Of a stretch of DNA of 64,000 nt, positions 9,666-20,032 are shown piece after piece. How positions within the stretch are numbered: position 1 is the first letter of the stretch; every line of letters begins with the position of its first letter. The notes beneath the pieces were generated by a model, which worked only from the letters and a program-made list of their open reading frames with translations, did not search any database and was not told the origin of the DNA. This DNA comes from an uncultured virus (IMG/VR IMGVR_UViG_3300005193_000001) (Duplodnaviria; Heunggongvirae; Uroviricota; Caudoviricetes): IMG/VR virus record IMGVR_UViG_3300005193_000001, positions 124,001-188,000 of that record; one strand, 5' to 3'. Made by a program: the position numbers and the translations under genes.

Positions 9666-12600
9666 TTATGGAATAAAGGGAACTACATTTCCTTGATCCG
9701 AATAATTCGTGTTCCCCGCCGTCTTTTCACCTCTTGCTCTAAAGTAATACTGTTCATCTTTCTTAAACAAAACCGGGCCTTCATAAGCGGTAATATTATT
9801 TTCTCCTCTGGGAAGACCCAAAAGTTTAACGCCATCTTCATCCAGTTCGGCGGTGGTATTCCAAGCCACGTCCGTATGCTGATTCGGCACGTCAACTGTT
9901 TGTGCATCTACCTCCGCCGTGTCTATCCTTTTCACGAAGTCTATAAACTGGGTATCATCGTAAACTGACGTTTGAAGCTTTCCTCGTTTAGGAATAGCCA
10001 TCCATCCTGTTGTTGAATCAATTTCGACGTTTCGAACGTCATGCGCTAAATCTGGAGCTACACCAAATATAAAGTTACTTCCGTCACTGTCGTCGTCATT
10101 AGTATACTCCCACTGTTTAATTCCAGAAGAATCCCATTTTTCCACGTATCCATTTTGCTGCCCCACTATCACGTTGTCTTCATAATCAACTTTCAGGTCA
10201 TAAGGTTTTCCTTTTAGGGGGATATCTCGAATCAATTCCACTCCATTCTTAGAGTATTTGTAGAGTTTGGGATCAACAAACTGATTCGATATGTAAGAAC
10301 CCACCCACAAATTACCATGGCTGTCAACATCCATGGTTCTTATTATTTGGTTTTGAACATGACCGTATCTTAGCAATTCTATCCCATCCGACGCTCTTAC
10401 CTTGATTATTTCCTCTTCTGTGTTAGATGTAGAATAAACGGCGTCGTCAACGGGGTCGTAAGCGACCGGAGAACGTCTTATACCAACATCATTGTCCGTG
10501 GTTCTTTCAAACCTATGCTCCCAAATCAAGGATCCGCTATCTCCATCCCTTTTTTGAACGTATCCGTCTCTATCTTCCCCAAAGAAACCGGGGGTTGAAA
10601 AGCGAAAAGCTACGTAGATGTTGTCTTCAAGATCGGAATCAAGTTCTATGCGAGTATCGCCATCATCTTCAATCGTTTGAAGACGTTCCTGCCAAATAAC
10701 GACACCACCCCGACTAGCTTTGGTCAAAAAAGGACTCGTTTCCGGACCGTCGCCATTGCCAGCACTAGCGGTTATTACATTTCCAGTTGTATCAGACGTG
10801 CAATCACGTCCCCCATCTACGTCTAAACTACTAATAATAGTGCCCGTTTTAGCATCGTGAAGATCTATGGAAATTCCACCAGTAACCCATACGGTGTCGT
10901 CGTAGTTTGAAGCCATGTTTCCGCCTACTGAACCAAGTTTTCCAGTAGTAATTAACCCACCTCCAGGATCGCCAGTTGTGATCCCATCAGGAGTTAAAAC
11001 ATAAAAAGCGGTGCTTGGCTTGTTCCCCTGAGATTCAGTAACAGCTATGAAAGGTCTTTTCGATTGAGGAGGATTGTCGATCTTTCCCACTTCGGCTATA
11101 CTCTTAAACGAAGAAAGAGTCCCTCCGGGATTTCCGGAGCTATCGGTTGCATCGTAAACTTCAACAACTCCGGTGGCCCCGGTAGCTAAGGCGAACCTTT
11201 TACCATTATTGGACCAACTTACGTCGTGGGCGGGTTCCGTAATCGTTTGATCTATGTTGCCATTACTGCTTAAATCAACATCGTTCAGGTCCGCGTCCCG
11301 AAGTCCATTATACACGAGAACTCGCCCATTGTCCGTGAATTCTTCCGCTTTCCCTATTGCTAACTTTCCCGATGCCGGGTCCCATTCCGCTGAAAATGAA
11401 ACTGGAGGATTGGCGGTATCTTCGAGACGAGCAAAATTATTGAAATTTTCATCAAAGATGAATGTTCTTCGCTGGAAAGCGGAGCTACCCCAAGTAACCA
11501 GTGCTAATCTTCCGGAAACAGGATCGAAGTCAACGTCAAGAGCCCTGTTACCGAATAACAAAGAAAACTCGTTGTTAGCATCCGCGATCAAATTCAAATC
11601 GGAATCGAAAACCTGAACTTGGTTTCCTTCACCTCCAAGAAGTCCAACTGCTAATCTACCATTTTTTTCGCCCCAATCCAACGCGTTAATTTCAAAGTTA
11701 TTGGGAATGTCGGGATTGGACAACACGGTTTCCAGAACGTAATTAACCACTTTACCAGAACTTGTGACCGGGGTATAAACCACTACATCTTCTCTGCCAT
11801 CAGCATTGTCTAATACTGACACCGCCACTCGACCCGTTGTTGGATCCACGTCCATAGCAGTCCCGTTAATTCCTGCGGGATTGGGGTTAGATTGAAATTT
11901 AGGTTTGTTAGAAATGTCTCCGAGAGAAACCTCGGGATCTCCTACTGATGTTTGTGGGTCGATGCTTCTGGAAAAGTTAGGGGCATTCGAAGGATCGCTG
12001 AAATCCGAATCTCCAAACTCGAAAGAGAAGTCTAGACCCCCAGCTTTTGCTATGGCCGAATTAATTTCGTCAATTCTAGAATCAAAGGTGGAGGCTACGG
12101 CCTTTTCTTCTCCCGAAACGGGTACGGTTGGAACACCGTCTTCGCTAAAGTTTCCGGTAGTAATAGAAAGGGGAGAAGGCGTTTCGAAATCAAGTATCTC
12201 TCCTTCATCGCTCGGTACAGTACTAGGATCACTAGAAATCCCAAACGCTTGAAAATAATACTCAACTCCGGGTTTTAGGGTTCCTTCGTACTCCAATACA
12301 ATGCTTTCAGCTATGGCTTGGTTCTGAGGAATATCACCACCTTGTCTTTGTCCTTCGGTTCCCACAACCGCCTTGCCAAATTCGGGAACCAGATCAAAAG
12401 ATATGGGGCGACTCGGTCTATCGTCTCCCACAAAAGCGGGATTAACGAGAATATTATTAGTATCAACACTAAGAACCTCGGAATCCCCGTCGTATTCTAC
12501 GGGATATATATTACCATCACTAAAGGCTACCTGTATCAAATCTTTTTCTTCGTCCCACGCAATTTGTGTTTGTCCAACATCATCCAGAACACTAGAGGTG

Positions 12601-14090
12601 GCAGAACCAAATTGATTCAAATCGATTTCATCGAGCTTGTCAAAAGACCCAGAAGAAACCCGAAGAACAGAAATAACACCATTGTCTTCACCAACTGCCA
12701 GCAAACCATTCTGGTCGTTCCAATCAAGACTAGAGAACCCATTGTTAATACGATCTATTTGAGCCAACAGCGAGAGAGAAGAATTGAATAGGAACAACGA
12801 TTCATTAGAACTCGCAAGTCCCGTGGATCCGGAGCCAACAGCTAATTTACCAGTGGTAGAGTCCCAAGCTACAGACTTGATTGTGTCCAAACCTTCCTGG
12901 CGCTCTTCACCTTCAGACTTTACATTTATAACCTCAGAACTTGTGAACGCCCCCCCAACTGGTGTAAAGATTTCAACATTTCTACTAGGACCAAAACCAA
13001 CTGCTATTCTTCCAGATTTTTCGTCCCAATCCATAGCACTAGTGGGGAAACCGTCACTGGAAGCTACTGTAGTATCCTCTAACTGGAAATTGCTGTCATA
13101 AATTCTTAAAACGTTGTCTTCTCTAGTAATGGTAGCGAGCCTTCCATCCCCCGTGGGGTTATATACTATATCGGCAGTGCCTTCGGGAATGGTACCGGGA
13201 TTCGTGTTATATTGAGCAGGACGAAGTATATCCAAAAAATCGAATTCTTCTCCGTAAACTCTAACTTGATGATCTTCTTGAGAAGCAACCGCTATTCTTT
13301 CGGAACCCGGATCTATGGAAACAGCTTTTCTATCAGAAAGGCCAGAGCTCAGTCGCTCACGAACGAAAAGCTTGGGGTCTTCCAATCTTTTGGAAAACAC
13401 GTCTCCCGGTTGTGGGCTCGTGTTATTATCGAGAATTACAATATTATCTTCTTCGGGAGCCGTCTGATTGGTGTCACTCCAACGAAGTCTAGGACCAACA
13501 AATCGTATACCGGAAACGGCTTCTATTTCCCCCTTTATCGTAGCGGCTTCGCTAGTAATGTCCTCCGCTTCCAAAGTTATAATTACCAACTCACCGAACG
13601 GAAGGGTCTTCCCCGTAGCTTCATCCATTTGAAGACACGCATCGGTTATCATATACGTGTACTCGGTATCGCTTTCCAATCCTTCTTCTCTAAACGGAAA
13701 TTCGGCATCTTCAGACAAAAGTATAGTTTCGTCTCTGCCAAGAATATAAGGCTCCGAAGTCTCGTTGACCAAACTAACAGTGAGAAAATCTATACCTTCT
13801 TCTATAACCTCGATTTCGGGCTCCGGTTTTGCTTCACAAGAAAAAAGAAGTTCATCAAATTTAGCTTGAGGTAAACTCAAAGGATCATCAAGAATAGAAT
13901 CTCCAATAATATACTCTACCGTCGTCCCGACTTCTATTTCTTTGCCATCTATCTTTCTGTGAAAGAGAGGAAAGCTCTCTTTTTGTAGATCATCTTCCAA
14001 TACAGTGAACTGTGTATCCCCCTCTTCTCTAAAAAAGATGGTATAAGGAGGTTCGGTCGACACTTCAAGAGAAATAAGTATTTTGCTCAT
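9666..14090 (-). CDS. large beta-propeller/FN3-like repeat protein, putative tail fibre or receptor-binding protein
   Basis: 1474 aa with many WD/PQQ-like blades (DWDEKSGRIAVG, AWDSTTGKLAVG) and FN3-like ends (GLESDTEYTY, LKPGVEYYFQA). Confidence 0.7.
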   Translation of the reverse strand: MSKILISLEVSTEPPYTIFFREEGDTQFTVLEDDLQKESFPLFHRKIDGKEIEVGTTVEYIIGDSILDDPLSLPQAKFDELLFSCEAKPEPEIEVIEEGIDFLTVSLVNETSEPYILGRDETILLSEDAEFPFREEGLESDTEYTYMITDACLQMDEATGKTLPFGELVIITLEAEDITSEAATIKGEIEAVSGIRFVGPRLRWSDTNQTAPEEDNIVILDNNTSPQPGDVFSKRLEDPKLFVRERLSSGLSDRKAVSIDPGSERIAVASQEDHQVRVYGEEFDFLDILRPAQYNTNPGTIPEGTADIVYNPTGDGRLATITREDNVLRIYDSNFQLEDTTVASSDGFPTSAMDWDEKSGRIAVGFGPSRNVEIFTPVGGAFTSSEVINVKSEGEERQEGLDTIKSVAWDSTTGKLAVGSGSTGLASSNESLFLFNSSLSLLAQIDRINNGFSSLDWNDQNGLLAVGEDNGVISVLRVSSGSFDKLDEIDLNQFGSATSSVLDDVGQTQIAWDEEKDLIQVAFSDGNIYPVEYDGDSEVLSVDTNNILVNPAFVGDDRPSRPISFDLVPEFGKAVVGTEGQRQGGDIPQNQAIAESIVLEYEGTLKPGVEYYFQAFGISSDPSTVPSDEGEILDFETPSPLSITTGNFSEDGVPTVPVSGEEKAVASTFDSRIDEINSAIAKAGGLDFSFEFGDSDFSDPSNAPNFSRSIDPQTSVGDPEVSLGDISNKPKFQSNPNPAGINGTAMDVDPTTGRVAVSVLDNADGREDVVVYTPVTSSGKVVNYVLETVLSNPDIPNNFEINALDWGEKNGRLAVGLLGGEGNQVQVFDSDLNLIADANNEFSLLFGNRALDVDFDPVSGRLALVTWGSSAFQRRTFIFDENFNNFARLEDTANPPVSFSAEWDPASGKLAIGKAEEFTDNGRVLVYNGLRDADLNDVDLSSNGNIDQTITEPAHDVSWSNNGKRFALATGATGVVEVYDATDSSGNPGGTLSSFKSIAEVGKIDNPPQSKRPFIAVTESQGNKPSTAFYVLTPDGITTGDPGGGLITTGKLGSVGGNMASNYDDTVWVTGGISIDLHDAKTGTIISSLDVDGGRDCTSDTTGNVITASAGNGDGPETSPFLTKASRGGVVIWQERLQTIEDDGDTRIELDSDLEDNIYVAFRFSTPGFFGEDRDGYVQKRDGDSGSLIWEHRFERTTDNDVGIRRSPVAYDPVDDAVYSTSNTEEEIIKVRASDGIELLRYGHVQNQIIRTMDVDSHGNLWVGSYISNQFVDPKLYKYSKNGVELIRDIPLKGKPYDLKVDYEDNVIVGQQNGYVEKWDSSGIKQWEYTNDDDSDGSNFIFGVAPDLAHDVRNVEIDSTTGWMAIPKRGKLQTSVYDDTQFIDFVKRIDTAEVDAQTVDVPNQHTDVAWNTTAELDEDGVKLLGLPRGENNITAYEGPVLFKKDEQYYFRARGEKTAGNTNYSDQGNVVPFIP

Positions 14091-14165
14091 ATCACTGATT
14101 TCTAGATAATACTCAGTTGTATTCTATGACTTAGAAAGACCAAATTCTCTCGACTTGATTGTCAC

Positions 14166-14351
14166 CTATTCGACGCTTGAATTTCTCGATAAGACTTCAT
14201 TTTCTTCTACTAGGTCGGAGGTGACGTCCGTGTCAAATATGCTATCTATTTCGTCTTCGTCTACATTATCAAGCTTTGGTACCAAGTCTAAAGTCGTAGT
14301 GCCATCGGGCTTTTCCCATATTATGAAGTTTCTTGAATTTCTCTCTATCAT
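14166..14351 (-). CDS. small hypothetical protein, in frame with the downstream 1474-aa ORF
   Basis: 61-aa acidic ORF ending in TAG; see findings. Confidence 0.5.
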   Translation of the reverse strand: MIERNSRNFIIWEKPDGTTTLDLVPKLDNVDEDEIDSIFDTDVTSDLVEENEVLSRNSSVE

Positions 14352-14354
14352 GAA

Positions 14355-15599
14355 TTATGCGCTGAGTGTTTCGAAGTATTGCTCTGGGGCAAATATCTGC
14401 TCGTTCTTAGTGACGGGATCTACGAATTTAAAAAGAATTTCGTAAGGCCTTTTTGGAAACAAATTCGAAAGATCGAGATCAAAGTAATGTCCATCAGAAT
14501 CGTAACTAACTACGGTGTAAGGATCGGAAAAAGGATGCACGGGTTCTTCGGTTCTCGCGTCTCGGATTTCGTAAAGCAAAGAACGCCGGGGGAGATAAGG
14601 TTCAGGCTCCGGATTTTGTCTTCTTTCTCTGCGCTCGCTAGGTCGAATCCCGAGAAAATCCCGGTCAGGAAACTTCTCTCTTACTTTAACCCGAAATCTC
14701 GTCTTGGCGGAAGCTCCGTAAGATTCCCTGAGATTAGTGATGAACACGGACATGCTTTCCGTGTTCTCGAAAACTTCAGCATTTTCGGGAACGTCGTACT
14801 CGAAGGTCTCCCTCCCGACGAGCAGGTGTGGAACGAATACCGTATTGGTGTTCCTGGAGAAAAAGCTGAGTTGAGAAAACCTGTCAAGATCCTCTCTTCT
14901 CCTCTTCAACAAAATCCCGTCGTCAGGATCAGCGTCGTTAAACAGTTCGTTAATTCTGAAGAAAACGTCGGGAGAGTCGTTGATATCGAAGGCTTCGGAA
15001 ACACTGACTGCTGTATCAAAATCGCCGCCCCTGCCGTTCCAGTCGATGCTTTCTTGTCTTTCGATCCAATTAACAGGTACTTCAGTAGGAGGATCGTTGT
15101 TGCGGCGTCCGAGACCTTCAGACCAGCTTTTTTGAACCGAGAAGACTTGAAGATCGTAGCTTTGCGGCAAGCCCTCTCCACGAGCGAAGTACATTCTGAG
15201 CCAAACGTCGGCATCGGGCTCGTCTTCTTCGACCGGAGGTTCAGGTTTTGGTTCTTGACGATCCGGTGCCAAGTCAATACCGAACTCGCCAAAAACGTTA
15301 ATACCTTCATCGTTAGGAAGAACGGAAGTTGTGCGTGTCGTAGTATCGATTCCGAACTCTCCAAACACATTCGGAGTAGCAGAACCCGTCACACCGACTT
15401 GGTTGAACCCTTCTTCTGGGACATCAAAATCGAACTCCAGAAGGACACGAGACGCGAGAACGGGATTCGAAACGTTATCCGAAACTCTGGTGTCGTTAGT
15501 GGAGGTGTTAAGCTCCAAGATTTCATCTATTCCACTGTTGAGATTCGGAAGATAGCCGTAAATGGTGGCGTCCTTTTCTGGACGTACAATCTCGAACAT
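14355..15599 (-). CDS. putative virion/baseplate structural protein
   Basis: KDATIY...NSGIDEILEL...SRVLLEF N-terminus; adjacent to the baseplate wedge gene; internal NVFGEFGID duplication. Confidence 0.6.
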   Translation of the reverse strand: MFEIVRPEKDATIYGYLPNLNSGIDEILELNTSTNDTRVSDNVSNPVLASRVLLEFDFDVPEEGFNQVGVTGSATPNVFGEFGIDTTTRTTSVLPNDEGINVFGEFGIDLAPDRQEPKPEPPVEEDEPDADVWLRMYFARGEGLPQSYDLQVFSVQKSWSEGLGRRNNDPPTEVPVNWIERQESIDWNGRGGDFDTAVSVSEAFDINDSPDVFFRINELFNDADPDDGILLKRRREDLDRFSQLSFFSRNTNTVFVPHLLVGRETFEYDVPENAEVFENTESMSVFITNLRESYGASAKTRFRVKVREKFPDRDFLGIRPSERRERRQNPEPEPYLPRRSLLYEIRDARTEEPVHPFSDPYTVVSYDSDGHYFDLDLSNLFPKRPYEILFKFVDPVTKNEQIFAPEQYFETLSA

Positions 15600-15606
15600 A
15601 TCATTT

Positions 15607-17472
15607 TTATATCACGCTTCCCGTTATGTCTTTGTCCGGAAATCTGAGTTCAAACACAGCCGGATCTTGAGGAGGGAAAACCACTCCTCTTCTCGTGGCT
15701 CTTTCAATGTCGTACCTGTTTCCGCTGTAATCCTCGGTTACGTTGAATCTGTTTTCTATGTCAAAGCTTCTGACCGTCTGGACTCCCTCAACACTTCTCA
15801 ACTCGTTAACCAATTCGCTGGTTATTATGGGGTCTCCGAAGTTCATGTTCTCTACCGATAGCATGTCCTGGAGTCTCGTGATGGCCCTAAACTTCGTCTT
15901 TCGCTTCGAAGACGTAGGACCAACGGAGATCTCAAAATCTACGGCAAAATTGATGGCAAAACCGTCTCTTATGCTAACTCCATCGGTAAGCATCCTGAAC
16001 TGGCCGAGAAATTCCTTCAGGTTCTCTTTAACGGCATCGTTTACGGGAACCAAACGGCCATTGGAGTTGAAGCCAAGAACGTATAAATTGATGCCAAGTG
16101 GATTGTCTCGGTTCGTGTCGGGGCGGACGGTAGCTTTGGCTACCGACCCGTACCTGCTCGGCATCGAGAGAACGCGGGTTCTGTAATCCTCCGCTGTCAC
16201 TGCCCTATCCTGAGCGGCAAAGAAAGCCTGCGCATTTCTCCTAATCTCGTCAATCGTCTCTCCCGGTCCACCGCCAGTAGCGGGAACAGGGTTCGTGACT
16301 CGAACTGAATCTTGAATGTTCTGCACGATCTGCTGGTTGTTGATGCCGTCCACGTCTCCCGGCCCGAATTCAAAGTCTACGGTAACTATGTTGGTGAGGT
16401 CGTTGATGGGAACGTTCGATTCTGTTCCACCACCTACGACGTACTCAACTTCGAGGCTCGTGTCGAAGGGAACCCTACCGAAGCTATCGGTGGACATGAA
16501 GTTAGCCGGATCGATAGGAAGATCAAGCTGGTTAATACTCGGAAGCTCCGGGTTTCCTATCGTAGTAGCGTCGGGAACCAGATTTTCATCAGAACCTCTC
16601 GAAACTCCGCTTCCGAATTGGATGTAAGTCGTGCCATCGCTTTCAGTTCTTCTTATAAACCTTCTTTCCTCTCTTCTAACGTCAATAAGGAAGGGCACTT
16701 CGTCGGAGAACGCGGAGAGATTAGAATCTATTCTGGCCCTGTTCCTGAACTCTGTGAAAATTTGTTCCTGAGCCAAGTAAGGAACCTCGTACCACTCGTT
16801 CCCTTCGGAATCTATAACATCAAGAATAGTTATAACGTTGTTGTCTGGAAGATCGCGGCGTGGGAAGGGCTCTGGATCGGAAAAATCGAAAGTAGTAGAC
16901 TCAATAGTGCCAGCAGAGGCTCTTACCTTTTTCGTGACCAGAAAACTCGCCGGGGTCTGGTCTGTTGGGTCTGTCTCGAAGATTCTAACTTCCCTTGGAC
17001 GGTCTGGGGTATCCACGGCGAAGTTGATGTCCTCCAATGTCCTGAATCGAACGTCGGGTCTACTTTCGCTGGACACTACCATATTTTCTCGAACCGCTGG
17101 GGCCAAACTGAAGTCGGGCTGAACGACGCCATCTTCTTCTTTTGCCGGAACAACAGCGAACACGTCGAGTGTGGTAGTTGCAGGTTCCGTGACGTTTGGC
17201 CTATATCCAAGCTCGTTTGCAAGGTCCCACACGTTCTCTCTTTCGTCCGCGTACTGGATGAAGCTCTCCTTAAATTGTACGTCGGTATAGAAAGAAAGAA
17301 CGTCACCGACGAAAGAGGCCATGTCGATGTACAAAAGGCCGATAGAACCTTCGCTGAAGTCCTGGATCGTATCTGGATAATAGGCTTCAGCGAAGTTTAT
17401 AAGACGCTCCTGAATAGAGGTAAAGTCCCTGTTCAGGTATCTTACATCTACGTCTTGTGTTCTGTCGGCCAT
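15607..17472 (-). CDS. baseplate wedge subunit (T4 gp6 / baseplate J-like)
   Basis: YLNRDF...GDVLSFYTD...A..LGY; ATGGGPGETIDEIR...QDRAVTAEDY signature. Confidence 0.9.
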   Translation of the reverse strand: MADRTQDVDVRYLNRDFTSIQERLINFAEAYYPDTIQDFSEGSIGLLYIDMASFVGDVLSFYTDVQFKESFIQYADERENVWDLANELGYRPNVTEPATTTLDVFAVVPAKEEDGVVQPDFSLAPAVRENMVVSSESRPDVRFRTLEDINFAVDTPDRPREVRIFETDPTDQTPASFLVTKKVRASAGTIESTTFDFSDPEPFPRRDLPDNNVITILDVIDSEGNEWYEVPYLAQEQIFTEFRNRARIDSNLSAFSDEVPFLIDVRREERRFIRRTESDGTTYIQFGSGVSRGSDENLVPDATTIGNPELPSINQLDLPIDPANFMSTDSFGRVPFDTSLEVEYVVGGGTESNVPINDLTNIVTVDFEFGPGDVDGINNQQIVQNIQDSVRVTNPVPATGGGPGETIDEIRRNAQAFFAAQDRAVTAEDYRTRVLSMPSRYGSVAKATVRPDTNRDNPLGINLYVLGFNSNGRLVPVNDAVKENLKEFLGQFRMLTDGVSIRDGFAINFAVDFEISVGPTSSKRKTKFRAITRLQDMLSVENMNFGDPIITSELVNELRSVEGVQTVRSFDIENRFNVTEDYSGNRYDIERATRRGVVFPPQDPAVFELRFPDKDITGSVI

Positions 17473-17475
17473 TGA

Positions 17476-17865
17476 TTATTGGGGTTGGTCGGAGATCTCG
17501 AAAAAGATCTCTACATTCTCTTCTTCCTCGTTGGGCAAAAAGAAAGTGGAAAATCTGACTTCGAGACGGACTACGCCCTCTTCGTCGAATTGGTCGATCT
17601 GTATGCTTTCAATCGTCACATAGGGTAAGAACCTGTCAACCACGCTTTCTATCTCGGATTGAATCTCCGCTTCCGTTTGTGGGGTGAGAGGTTCAAACAA
17701 GAATTCTTCCAGACGAGTCCCGAAATCGGGACGCAATACACGTTCTCCTCGACTCGTAGAAAGGACGTTAACAAGATTCGCCTTAACGTGTTCTACCGTA
17801 GTAGAAGTCTTGTCAAAGTACCCGTCCTCGGATCTGCGTATGGGATAGTTTACGCCAATAGACAT
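17476..17865 (-). CDS. baseplate protein gp25/GPW family
   Basis: NLVNVLSTSRGERVLRPDFGTRLEEFLFEP signature. Confidence 0.9.
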   Translation of the reverse strand: MSIGVNYPIRRSEDGYFDKTSTTVEHVKANLVNVLSTSRGERVLRPDFGTRLEEFLFEPLTPQTEAEIQSEIESVVDRFLPYVTIESIQIDQFDEEGVVRLEVRFSTFFLPNEEEENVEIFFEISDQPQ

Positions 17866-17868
17866 AAG

Positions 17869-18786
17869 CTATGGTTGATCATCGAACCTGTTGACAAGTT
17901 CGCTGTAGTCCCTGTTGGCCACCTGCCTTACGTGGTCGGGAACCTGTCCTCCGTGATTTCTAACGTTGTCTTGTCCTCCGGGGGCTGCTCCACCTCCTGC
18001 TCCAGCAGCTTGCTGCGGCTGGTTGGGCACGGCTCCGCCTAACTTCTGGTTTCCATCAACGGTGCCCCAATCTTCTTGGCTCCCTTGCTGAACGCCTTGC
18101 TGTTGCCCTCCGGTTACGGTGCTCTTCTGAGGAGCAGCGGCTCCAGCGGGGCTCTCGGCTTGCTGCGGATCAACAGGTTGTCCTCCTCCAGCGGAAGGCA
18201 TCCCTCCGCCTTGCTTGCCGAGAGCGGCTGCTGCTGCCGGGTTAAGTTGGCTCATGCCTTGATCCATTCCCCCTCCGCCTTGAGGCGCGGCCTGTTGCTG
18301 TGGGGCGGCCTGTTGTTGCATTCCCTGCTGTTGCTGATGCTGTTGTACCATCTGATCAGCAGGATGGGGTTCGTTTCCAGTCTGAACAGACTCCTGGATC
18401 TGACTTATTTGGTTCTTGATTTGGCCTATGCTCTCGTGTTGGTTGTTTCCGCCTCCATTACCCCCGCTTTTTTTTTCGGCTACTCCTTGACGGACAGCCT
18501 CTTTAGCGAAGTCGGTCTGGTCTTGACCCTGAATAGCTTCATTAACCACGGGGTCAGTGCTGGCGGGGTCCCTCATAGAGCCCTGCTGCTGTTGTTGTTG
18601 CTGTGGTTGCTGCTGCTGTCCGCCCTGAGCGAGAGCGTCTCGAACCTCCGTCAAGACTTCCTTCTTGACTTCGTTACGAATACGCTTCTCTGCCCTCTCA
18701 ACACGGTTGTTGATAGCCTCTCTTATGAATTTCAGAGGTCTCTTTTTGAAAGCCTTCAAGAGCTTCTTTCTTTTTTGCTTGTTCAT
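17869..18786 (-). CDS. Gln/Gly/Ala-rich low-complexity protein
   Basis: 305 aa; basic N-terminal helix followed by polyQ tracts. Confidence 0.7.
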   Translation of the reverse strand: MNKQKRKKLLKAFKKRPLKFIREAINNRVERAEKRIRNEVKKEVLTEVRDALAQGGQQQQPQQQQQQQGSMRDPASTDPVVNEAIQGQDQTDFAKEAVRQGVAEKKSGGNGGGNNQHESIGQIKNQISQIQESVQTGNEPHPADQMVQQHQQQQGMQQQAAPQQQAAPQGGGGMDQGMSQLNPAAAAALGKQGGGMPSAGGGQPVDPQQAESPAGAAAPQKSTVTGGQQQGVQQGSQEDWGTVDGNQKLGGAVPNQPQQAAGAGGGAAPGGQDNVRNHGGQVPDHVRQVANRDYSELVNRFDDQP

Positions 18787-18871
18787 ATCAAGTATAATTT
18801 GTGATTCAGATACGATAGTCCAGGATTTCTGTTATTAAATAGGAAGAACCCCGTAGCTGCGGTTCCTTTCG

Positions 18872-20032
18872 CTAGAGGTTATCGACAAAAGATTTCTCGC
18901 TTCGTATGGTCTTCTTAACCAACTCCAATATGCTCTTGTAAACGGGAGCTTGATTTGGAGGACCGGAAGGTCCAGCGGGAGTAGGGTGAGTTTCCCGTTG
19001 TAAGGTATTAAGAAGCCTCTCCAAACGATTTACAAGCTGCTGCCCCCTAACTGTAGGTTCGTTGTTGTTTTCGGTGGCTATGCGAATTTCGTTCTTAGCA
19101 TCAATAGTGAAGTCGTCCCCGCTAACAAAGTTGATGGAATCTGAAGCGAACCCAAAGATTTCGTTCTCCTTAGCATTAATAACGACCCTATCCGTGTCTA
19201 GAAATATTTGAGCACCATCGAAGGTGTCAGAAGGACTTTGAGCACTGAAAAGATGATCTGAAAGATCGGAAGTAGTTGCTTCGAAGTCGATTTCGGTGTC
19301 TTCGGTCATCCAAATGGCGGTAGGGTCTTCATTGATTTCCTCGAAAAAGGGCTCCAGAAAATCGGTATCTTCCAACTCTTCCCTTTGTCCGACCCGAAGA
19401 GTTACGACGGGATTCTGGTCTTCGTCTCTACCAAGCCTCATGCTGTTGCCGTATCTGCCTTCGTAGATCACGTCTCCGACCCTGTGTTGAAGAGGCTTAA
19501 TATCGGTGTTCACCGTAAAATCGTCGCCCTCAATATCAATGCCACCTCCTTCTGGGCTGCGCTGGAGTCCATCGGAAGCTTCGAGGTAACGCTCTTGGGT
19601 ATCGTCGCTGCTTTCTTCTTTACTAACCGATGAAAGAGGGACCGTGTTCTGATGGACGTTGTTGCGAACGTTGAAAGTTCGGAGATAATAAGTAATACCG
19701 TGAAGATCAATCGTAGAAACGAGCTCGTGTTCCAGCGGATAGGAACGTAACCTGTCATTTGCTGGTCGAGCATACTGAAGCGCATCTTCTCCACGATTGA
19801 ACTCCGACATGAGACGACGAATCTTGACCTTCCCAATGTCAGAATTTCTCTGATAATCGGGGTGATCTTCGCTTCTTATAACGTCCACAACCTCGGCAAG
19901 TTCGATTTCGTGAGTTTGAACCTCGGCTCTGGACGGGTCTCTGCTAGGGAAATCTCGATCAGCTATACGATTCGCTTCGTATCCATCTTTAGTGGGGGAC
20001 CCGGAAACACTTCTATTGTATCTGTACGGCAT
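18872..20032 (-). CDS. baseplate hub/spike protein (gp5/gpV-like)
   Basis: GDVIYEGRYGNSMRLG, beta-helix-like region, C-terminal THPTPAGPSGPP tip motif; next to the gp25/gp6 genes. Confidence 0.7.
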   Translation of the reverse strand: MPYRYNRSVSGSPTKDGYEANRIADRDFPSRDPSRAEVQTHEIELAEVVDVIRSEDHPDYQRNSDIGKVKIRRLMSEFNRGEDALQYARPANDRLRSYPLEHELVSTIDLHGITYYLRTFNVRNNVHQNTVPLSSVSKEESSDDTQERYLEASDGLQRSPEGGGIDIEGDDFTVNTDIKPLQHRVGDVIYEGRYGNSMRLGRDEDQNPVVTLRVGQREELEDTDFLEPFFEEINEDPTAIWMTEDTEIDFEATTSDLSDHLFSAQSPSDTFDGAQIFLDTDRVVINAKENEIFGFASDSINFVSGDDFTIDAKNEIRIATENNNEPTVRGQQLVNRLERLLNTLQRETHPTPAGPSGPPNQAPVYKSILELVKKTIRSEKSFVDNL

